This document shows, piece after piece, positions 56,029-64,000 of a DNA stretch of 64,000 nt. The position numbers and the translations under genes are program-made. The first letter of the stretch is position 1. Every line of letters starts with the position of its first letter. Source of the DNA: Octopus vulgaris (Eukaryota); contig OX597823.1 of NCBI GenBank assembly GCA_951406725.2, forward strand, positions 83,700,001 through 83,764,000, read 5' to 3'. The notes under the pieces are model-generated. The model had not been told where the DNA came from, made no database searches, and saw only the letters and a list, made by a program, of their open reading frames with translations.

Positions 56029-56329
56029 TCTCTATATCTAACTAACCCAGAACGCGTTCTCAAGTAATCGATTTTCGAGTGATCTTACGTTATTTTTCCC
56101 TCTATGCCTACGTGAATTGTTTTTGAGTATACATTGTCTGGGAGACTCTTCTTATAGTAGGGAAAATAGCTAAATTTTTTGACTTCTATTTCTAAAAGTT
56201 CGGTGTGTGGTAAAGTAATTTTTTTTTTTTGATGTATGATTGATTGATTGATTGATTGATTCTAGTTTCAGCTTATGAGCTGTGGCCATGCTGGGGCACC
56301 GCCATTTGGTGTTGCTACTTGGTTTCACT

Positions 56330-59300
56330 TCATGGAGGCTTTCTAGCAACTGCTATTTGGTGCATGAGAGAGTTCGATGCAGCTGCCCTCATCTGCCCCT
56401 CCTGCCGTGAAGTTGGTTCATCTGGGACACCTGACAGGAAGAGATCCAGCTTCATTTTAAAGACATCTGTATCCACCCCATGCAGGTCTCTCAGGTTCTT
56501 CGGGAGGATATTGAAGAGCTGTGGGCCTCGGAAGCCCAGGCTATCACAGAATCTTGTCCTACATCTTGATGGCAGGTTTGGAGTCCTAGGCACCACGCAG
56601 TGGCGCCCAGTTCTGGCATTTGCGTAACTCTCGATGCCAAAGTTCAGGACACTTCCCTCCAGGATCTTCCAGATGTATATTATGGCATATCTTTCCCGCC
56701 TACGCTCCAGGGAATATAATTTTAATCTCTTGAGTCTTTCTCAGTAGCTTACATTCTGCATAGAGGCTATCTTCTTCGTGTAGCTTCGTTGGATCGCCTC
56801 AAGTTCTGTGATCAACTTGACACTGGATGGTGACCATAGCTGAGAGCAATAGTCAAAGTGGCTTAGGACAAGTGTCTTCCAGAGGACCATCATGGTTTCT
56901 TGTTCTCTTGTTCTAAAGGTTCTAAGAATCCATCCAGCCAGCCGTCTACATTTCATTGTCAGTTTAGCAACATGTACATGAAAGGTCGCGTCATCACTCA
57001 TGTGAATACCCAGGTCACGCACTGATTGTGCCTCTGGGATTGCAATCCCTCCGGGTCCAGTGTATTCATTGGGTATTGCATTCAGTTTTGCATGCTGATA
57101 GTATAAAGCTTGAAACTTTCCAGCATTGAACTGCATGCTATTCTTTTCAGCCCACTTGTATATTTCGTCCAGCTCACATTGCAGGTGTTTAGTGTCCTCA
57201 GGGTTCTGTATTGCCTGTGAAACTTTTGTATCATCTGCATAACTTGTGATCGTGGCTCTCTGCGTGGCTGAGGGCATGTCTGAGAGGGCCATTATGAACA
57301 GTAGTGGTCCCAGAACAGTGCCCTGCGGAACACCGCTCACTATTTGTGTGTTAATGGAGGTGGCCCCATTGGCTACTACCACCTGACTTCTATCCTTCAG
57401 AAAGTCATGAAGCCATTCTCCCAGTTTTCCAACTATGTTGAGATCACGCAGTTTGTGACATATCATTCCATGATCGACTTTATCAAAGGCCTTTGCAAAG
57501 TCGAGATATATCACTTCCACATTTGAGTGGTTGAGCAGCCGTTTCAGCACCCAGTCATAGTGTTGTAGGAGCTGAGTTAAACAGCTTCTCCCTGGTCGGA
57601 AACCATGTTGGGTGTCGGGCAGCAAGTCATTCTCTTCAAGGAAGGTGATCAGCTTCCTTCTGACTATTCGTTCCATGACCTTGCTGATGTGTGAGGTCAG
57701 AGAGATAGGTCTATAGTTCTTGGCTTCCGCTCTGCTACCTCCTTTATGAATGGGGCATATTTTACCTTCCTTCAGTTTTCCTGGAAGTTTGCCAGCTGCA
57801 AGGAAGCTCTGAAAGAGGAACTGCAGTGGTCTTGCTAGGACTCTCTTACATGCTTTTAGGAGGATTGCCGGGAATCCATCGGGGCCAGTAGCTGAGTCTG
57901 TTTTCATTTCATCTATAGCCTTGGTTACATCGTCTTCCTTTATATCGATGTAATCTATCGTCGCCGCCTCTGATTTTATATCTGCAGTGGTAAAAAAGTC
58001 AGTTGGGTTGGTGATTTGGAGATGCCCAAGGGGTGGAGTGAAAACACTCTTGAATTGCTCATTCAGTATTTCACTTACCCTCATTGGTTTTCCTGTAAGT
58101 GTGCCATCCTTTTCGAGGAGTGGCCCTATTCTACAGTGCACTGTAGCTGTTTCTTTGGCATACCTGTAGAAAGCTCTGGGGTTAGATTTTATGTTTTCTA
58201 TAGCCCAGGCTTCTTTGTCTGCTCTTTCTTTTTCATGGGAGAGTTGCAGACATTTTTCGATTTCCAACAGTTTTATTTTTAGGCGGGACTTTTCACTGCT
58301 TTCAATCTGTTTGTTTAGGCGATTTGAAAATTTCGTACGCCGTCTCATTAAAATTTTCCTCTCTCTGGGGATTTTGTTCTTGTGTACAGTGGCCTTTCTC
58401 TCTGGGACACATTTGTAGCATATGGCTTGCATTACAGAAGTTTCACGTCGATGTCTGGCGAGGAGAGACATTTAGGCCAGTTTTGTTTGAGGATCTCTTT
58501 CTCAATTTGTTTCCAGTTTGCCTTATGGTAGTTCAAGCTGGAAAGATTTTGAGGGTTTCTTGTAGGCTGCATGTCCGTGCTCTCTTTTGGCCCGTACATG
58601 GTCAGCTCTATCATGTTGTGATCCGAGAGTAGTGTCGGTGTCACTTTCACATTATGGATGAGATCCATGTCATTTGTGAAGCAGAGATCCAGTGTGTTAC
58701 CTGCCCTGGTTGGTTGGAGTATTACCTGCTCCATGTACAGGGTGTTGATGAGGTTCAGGAGGGACCTCGCCTGTCCTCGTTCACATCTTGTCATTCCTGG
58801 GAGAGAAAGGCCCTCGGGCCATCTGACATTGGGCAGATTGAAGTCTCCCATAAGAAGCACACCTATGTGTTGTTCTAATGTGGTTAGAATTTCTTCTATT
58901 TTTATAAGGCAGTCTTCAAACTTGCCCACATGGCTTGGGGCATCTGGAGGGCGATATGTAGCACACACAACTACATCAAGTTGCCTAATATGTACAATTA
59001 GTGTGTCACACACCGAGTTTGAGTATGACAAGAGGACCTGGGGTGTGAGGTCCTCACGGATGTACATAGCAACACCTCCATGACTCCTTTCTTTCCTGTC
59101 GGTCCGTAGTACAGCATACTGTGGTATGTGTAACTCCGCATCTGCTATGTCCGGTTTCAGGTGCGTTTCCGTAAGTGCTATGCATAAGGCTTGATTGCAT
59201 GCAACAAAGTCTCTCAGGAACGGGATCTTTGTCCTGTTACTGAGTGTTTGCAGTCCTCTGATGTTCAGTAGGAGCATCGAGGTGAGGTGTACGTTGTTGC
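56330..59300 (-). pseudogene. LINE ORF2: AP endonuclease plus reverse transcriptase (one frameshift ~58435-58470, one premature stop at 56741)
   Basis: APE motifs LNIRGL, ALTETHL, YRPP, MGDFN, LDLCF, SDH; RT motifs NYRPISLTS, QHGFR, YLDFAKAFDKVDH, GVPQGTVLGPLLF, YADD, YCSQLWSP. The frame continues past the TGA (SY*ERL) to 56330. Confidence 0.95.
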
Positions 59301-59493
59301 CGGCGGTGTCCATCCTGTGTCTGTTTGCTGTGGTGGTCTGGTATATAGTGGGTAGTCCCACCTGCGGGCTTGGGTTTGATGAAGCCAGGTCAACTGCTGT
59401 ACAATCTTTTGTGCCATGCACAAAAGATTGTTGCTCAGCAGCTGCTCTTTCGACAACATCATGTTGGCGGTTTGTGGCGCGCACAACATCTGC

Positions 59494-60174
59494 TTACCTC
59501 CGCTTTGGGGCAGGTGGTGCGTGGTCCATCCCTTTTCTTTGTGTTGATGGTTTGTCCATCTGCCTCGTGTCTCTGTGGCAGGGTCCCCGATGTGCAAAGC
59601 GGCAGCCTGCACCTTCCTTTCCATGCCAGCAGGAACCTCTCAGGTAGAACATACACACCCGTGTGCGCTGTTTGGTTCCATCCTTTGCGGTTCCACTTCT
59701 ATTCCTGGTTGTTTCACCCTTTGGTCCTGCTTGAGCTTTTTCTTTTCCTTTAGCTCTTCCAGTCCTTCTTTTAGTTCTTCTTCCTCCCTCTACCTCTTCA
59801 CCGGGTTCTCCGTCTCCATGGCCCTTGCTGCCGGTTAGAGAACTTGCACCTGGGTTCACTTCCCGGGCAGGTTTCTCATTCAAAACCTCCTCCCGGGCGT
59901 CCACCAGGTGGGGGTGACTTCTTTCATCGTCTCCATTCTTGTCATCTTTGCCCCGCTCGTTCTCAAAGATGGCATCAAGTGCGCCAATGTGCGACCGTAC
60001 AAGCGCATATGAGCGCACGAATTCCCGTCTCTTTCGCTCCATCTGAGCCGCTGTCCTCTTGTAGCCTCTGCTCTTCAGCGCAGCCGCAATCACCTCGCTA
60101 GGGCTATCTCCGCCGGCGCACTCCCATGCTTGTACGAATAAATCCAGCTCGTCAGGTCTCCATGCTCTGGACAT
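59494..60174 (-). CDS. LINE ORF1 with Myb/SANT-like (trihelix) N-terminus and CCCH zinc finger
   Basis: WRPDELDLFVQAW...IAAALKSRGYKRTAAQMERKRREFVRSY resembles a Myb_DNA-bind_4-type domain; CMFYLRGSCWHGKEGAGCRFAH is a CCCH finger. Confidence 0.72.
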   Translation of the reverse strand: MSRAWRPDELDLFVQAWECAGGDSPSEVIAAALKSRGYKRTAAQMERKRREFVRSYALVRSHIGALDAIFENERGKDDKNGDDERSHPHLVDAREEVLNEKPAREVNPGASSLTGSKGHGDGEPGEEVEGGRRTKRRTGRAKGKEKAQAGPKGETTRNRSGTAKDGTKQRTRVCMFYLRGSCWHGKEGAGCRFAHRGPCHRDTRQMDKPSTQRKGMDHAPPAPKRR

Positions 60175-60229
60175 GCTGGATAATCCGTCTATCCGTTTAT
60201 CTATCTAATTATGTTCGAGAGAAGACAGG

Positions 60230-61440
60230 AAGATATTAAGGCTAATTAGAAGATAGAGTACTTGAAAAAGAAATATTAACAATATTAAAGTTTGTATAAA
60301 AACGTTATTTAATCTTAAGGCTAATTAGGGGATAGAGTATCTGAAAATGTATTAGCAATATTAATATTATATTAGAGTGTGGATAAAAACGTTGTTTAAT
60401 CTTAAGGCTAATTAGGAGATAGAGTATCTGAAAATATATTAGCAATATTAATATTATATTAGAGTGTGGGTTAAAAAGGTTATTTAATCTTAAGGCTAAT
60501 TTGGAGATAGAGTATCTGAAAATATATTAGCAATATTAATATTATATTAGAGTGTGGGTAATATTAAACGTTATTTAATTTAATCTTAAGGCTAATTAGA
60601 AGTTATTAATCTTAAACGTTATTTAATTTAATCTAAAGGCTAATTAGAAGATAGAGTATCTGAAAGTATATTAGCAATGTTAATATTATATTAGAGTGTG
60701 GGTAATATTAAACGTTATTTAATTTAATCTTAAGGCTAATTAGAAGATAGAGTATCTGAAAAATTATTAACAATATTAAAACAATATTAAACGTTATTTA
60801 ATTTAATCTTAAGGCTAATTAACAATAATTATTAACAATATTAAACAATATTAAACATTATTTAATTTAATCCTAAGGCTAATTAGACGTTATTAATATT
60901 AAACGTTATTTAATTTAATCTTAAGGCTAATTAGAAGATAGAGTATCTGAAAAATTATTATATCGAGAACAGATATTGAAAATGTAAACAGACAAAAATT
61001 ATATTAGAGTGTGGGTAATATTAAACGTTATTTAATTTAATCTTAAGGCTAATTAGAAGATAGAGTATCTGAAAAATTATTAACAATATTAAAACAATAT
61101 TAAACGTTATTTAATTTAATCTTAAGGCTAATTAACAATAATTATTAACAATATTAAACAATATTAAACGTTATTTAATTTAATCCTAAGGCTAATTTGA
61201 CGGTATCAATATTAAACGTTATTTAATTTAATCTTAAGGCTAATTAGAAGATAGAGTATCTGAAAAATTATTATATCGAGAACAGATATTGAAAATGTAA
61301 ACAAACAAAAATTATATTAGAGTGTGGGTAATATTAAACGTTATTTAATTTAATCTTAAGGCTAATTAGAAGATAGAGTATCTGAAAAATTATTATATCG
61401 AGAACAGATATTGAAAATGTAAACAAACAAAATGGCGATC
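60230..61440. repeat. Complex AT-rich tandem repeat upstream of LINE ORF1
   Basis: About 18 modules built on TAAGGCTAATT, with AGATAGAGTATCTGAAAA, AGAGTGTGG and TATCGAGAACAG sub-blocks; a higher-order ~306-bp duplication (60698-61003 versus 61004-61309). Confidence 0.9.
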
Positions 61441-61980
61441 GCAACTTTAACTAAGATGTGGGCCTAAGTGAAGAATAAAATAGAATAATAAACAAAATAT
61501 GAAATAGATGGAAGTGATACTTAATCCAACAATGTGGTCTGGATTTTTTTTTTGGTTTACGGGATTTTTTTTTTCAGGAGAGATGCTTCTTTTTTATTTC
61601 TTGCAGGAGATAACTTGATTCAGTTATTTTTGCACCATGTGCGTTTCGGCGAAAATGAAAATTACTGTGTATATGTATATATTTATATATATATTTTTAA
61701 AAAATATTTTTAACCAAAGTGTTGTAGTGATCTCTATGACTTAGAGTTTTACGTTTTGCAACTACAGTGGGTTATTTCGCCGATCTATGCAAATTTTTCA
61801 CAGAGAAGAGGCAATACGTCTCTCTCTGTTGAAAACGGAACCGGATATATATATGTACATATATGTATAAGTATATATGTATATATATGTATATATAATT
61901 TAAAAATAAGATAAGATCTTCATAAGATATATATATATGTACATATATGTATAAGTATATATGTATATATATGTATATAT

Positions 61981-63080
61981 AATTTAAAAATAAGATAAAA
62001 TCTTCATAAGAATTTATCAAGAAGTCAGCGTGAAACACTTCAAGAGAAAACATCCACCAATTATTTCACTTAAATATATTTATCTATATTATATAGAGGG
62101 CACTATTACATATAGATGCCACACGCTAGGAAGGGACTCTTAAAGTCAAAACTATTAAAATAAATAAACATATCCTACCGAATGCAACTCTCGAAGCATG
62201 ACATTTAAAAACAGAATTCAGCTGCATATCACCTGTGATTTCGTAATCAATGCAGTGGTGTGTACTCTTTGCGCATCAGTGCAAGCATAATTCAAGATTT
62301 ACCAGACGAACAACCATCGTATCCAACGTAGTATTAGGAAATCTTATACATCTATGTAAATGGCGGGCTTTTTCGAATTGCATTTCGGTAACAGCGTGCT
62401 TATTCGGAATAAAAATTCAGTATTGAATATACTCCGGTTAAATTTACAATTTAAAAATAGAATAAAATCTACGAAATCACAGATGATATGCAGCTGAATT
62501 CTGTTTTTAAATGACTTGCTTCGAGAGTTGCATTTGGCACGATATGTTTATTTATTTTAGTAGTTTTGACTTTAAGAGTCCCTCTTAGCATGTGGCATTT
62601 ATGTGTAATTAATGCCCTCTATATAATATAATTAAATGTATCTAAGTGAAAAAATTGGTGGATTTTTTTTCTCTTATGAGGCTTTTCACGCTGACTACTT
62701 GATAAATTGTTATGAAGATTTTGTCCTATTTTTAAATTGTAAATTTAACCGGAGTATATTCAATACTGAATTTTTATTCTGAATAAGCAGGTTGTTACCG
62801 AAATGCAATTCGAAAAAGGCCGCCATTTACATAGATGTATAAGGGGTGAAGATTTCCAAATACTACGTTGGATATGATGGTTGTTCGTCTGGTATGTTGA
62901 TTTTGTTCATTCATTATAAATCTTGAATTATTCTTGCACTGATGAGTAAAGAGTGTACACCACTGCACTGATCCCGAAATACGCAGCTGAATTCTGTTTT
63001 TAAATGTCATGCTTCGAGAGTTGCAATCGGTACGATATGTTTATTTAAGTAGTTTTGAATTTAAGAGTCCCTCCTAGCGT
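61981..63080. mobile_element. Inverted plus tandem array of a ~467-493-bp hammerhead-containing unit (pLTR/retrozyme-like)
   Basis: Minus copy 61981-62469 is joined head-to-head to plus copies 62470-63080 (GCAGCTGAATTC at 62490 and 62983). Hammerhead motifs at 62221-62286 (-) and 62935-62987 (+). Confidence 0.82.
62221..62286 (-). ncRNA. Type I hammerhead motif with 4-bp stem III (one core substitution)
   Basis: Minus strand tgca-CTGATGC-gcaa...ttac-GAAA-tca(cagg)tga-TA-tgca. The sister copy at 62939 keeps CTGATGA-gtaa, so the consensus core is intact. Confidence 0.75.
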
Positions 63081-63643
63081 GAGCTGCTTCAATTTTCATG
63101 ATAACTTGTAGGTTTAATAAAATAAAGTAAAGTAAAATAAGATCCAATAAGGGAGAATACAAAAGGGGTAATAGGGAAAAATCGGATATTTACAAGCAAG
63201 TAGTAAAAGGAAAAAATAACAGTAAAAATAATAGTGAGAGAGACGAAAGTGAAAAAAAGACAGACATATCAATGTGTATGCACCTCTATATGTGCAGTAA
63301 ACTACAACATAAAAATAAGAATAAAAATCTAACGGATATGTTTAATAAAATGGTAACTGGTCGAGACGAAATATAATGTAAACAGGGCCACGTGTTTATA
63401 GTAGAATATAACGTAACGGATGAACTAACAGAAAAGAACCAAAGAGAGTTATATATATATGTAATAATAATATTGGAAAACAAATATAAATATATATATA
63501 TATTAATGGCGGTGCCCCAGCATGGCCACAGCTCGTGAGCTGAAAAATATATATGTAAGTAAAAATATGTATAACGGGCGAACGAACAAGCAGATTATAA
63601 TACATACATACTTACATACATTCATATACATATACATACATAC

Positions 63644-63702
<59 letters not shown>

Positions 63703-64000
63703 CATAAATACATATATATATGCATACACACACACACACATATATATATATATGTATATACATACATATATATATATATACACAAACATACATACGTACA
63801 TACATACATATACATACATATATATATATATACTTATATACATACATAAGTATATATATATAAGTACATATGTATACATACATATATATACACACACATA
63901 TATATGTACATACATACATACATACATATATATATATGCATGCATACATACATACATGTATATACATATACATACACATATATATATATACACAAACATA

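Larger units (their letters stand above)
56237..61450 (-). mobile_element. Near full-length CR1-clade LINE
   Basis: GC-richer block with ORF1, APE and RT, a 3' stem-loop and an (AATC)n tail at 56237-56261. The 5' boundary is approximate. Confidence 0.93.

Noticed and set aside
57344-60101. Plus-strand ORFs overlapping the LINE
   Set aside because: Antisense shadows of the GC-richer LINE coding region.
60230-61440. CRISPR-like appearance of repeated TAAGGCTAATT modules
   Set aside because: The spacers are themselves repeated, there are no cas genes, and the context is eukaryotic.

Overview
Eukaryotic, very AT-rich, microsatellite-dense ((TA)n, (TATG)n, (TATC)n, (CA)n, (GA)n) DNA dominated by repeats. 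The SINE families and repeat landscape look like an Octopus (cephalopod) genome; this is inferred, not database-checked. Nearly all ORFs in the supplied track are microsatellite or SINE artefacts. Supported content: (1) the first two coding exons of a probable host gene (ATG at 13489; exon 15536-15819) encoding a single-pass membrane protein, so most of the downstream window is probably intron; (2) decayed full-length Tc1 (25036-26300) and mariner (45195-46480) transposons, a non-autonomous Helitron (8983-9380) and other DNA-transposon relics; (3) a near full-length CR1-type LINE (minus strand, ~56237-61450) whose ORF1 has a Myb/SANT-like helix-turn-helix plus a CCCH finger, with a tandem-repeat upstream region; (4) an ORF1-only Tx1/L1-like element sitting in a SINE array with which it shares a 3' tail; (5) many Nin/Deu-type and CORE-type tRNA SINEs. 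The strongest hidden signal is more than a dozen type I hammerhead-ribozyme (HHR) motifs from several unrelated repeat families. Most lie in or beside (TA)n tracts, several in 350-580 bp tandem or inverted units, and one cluster is next to a Penelope GIY-YIG relic. This suggests a diverse Penelope-pLTR/retrozyme system. All identifications were made by eye.
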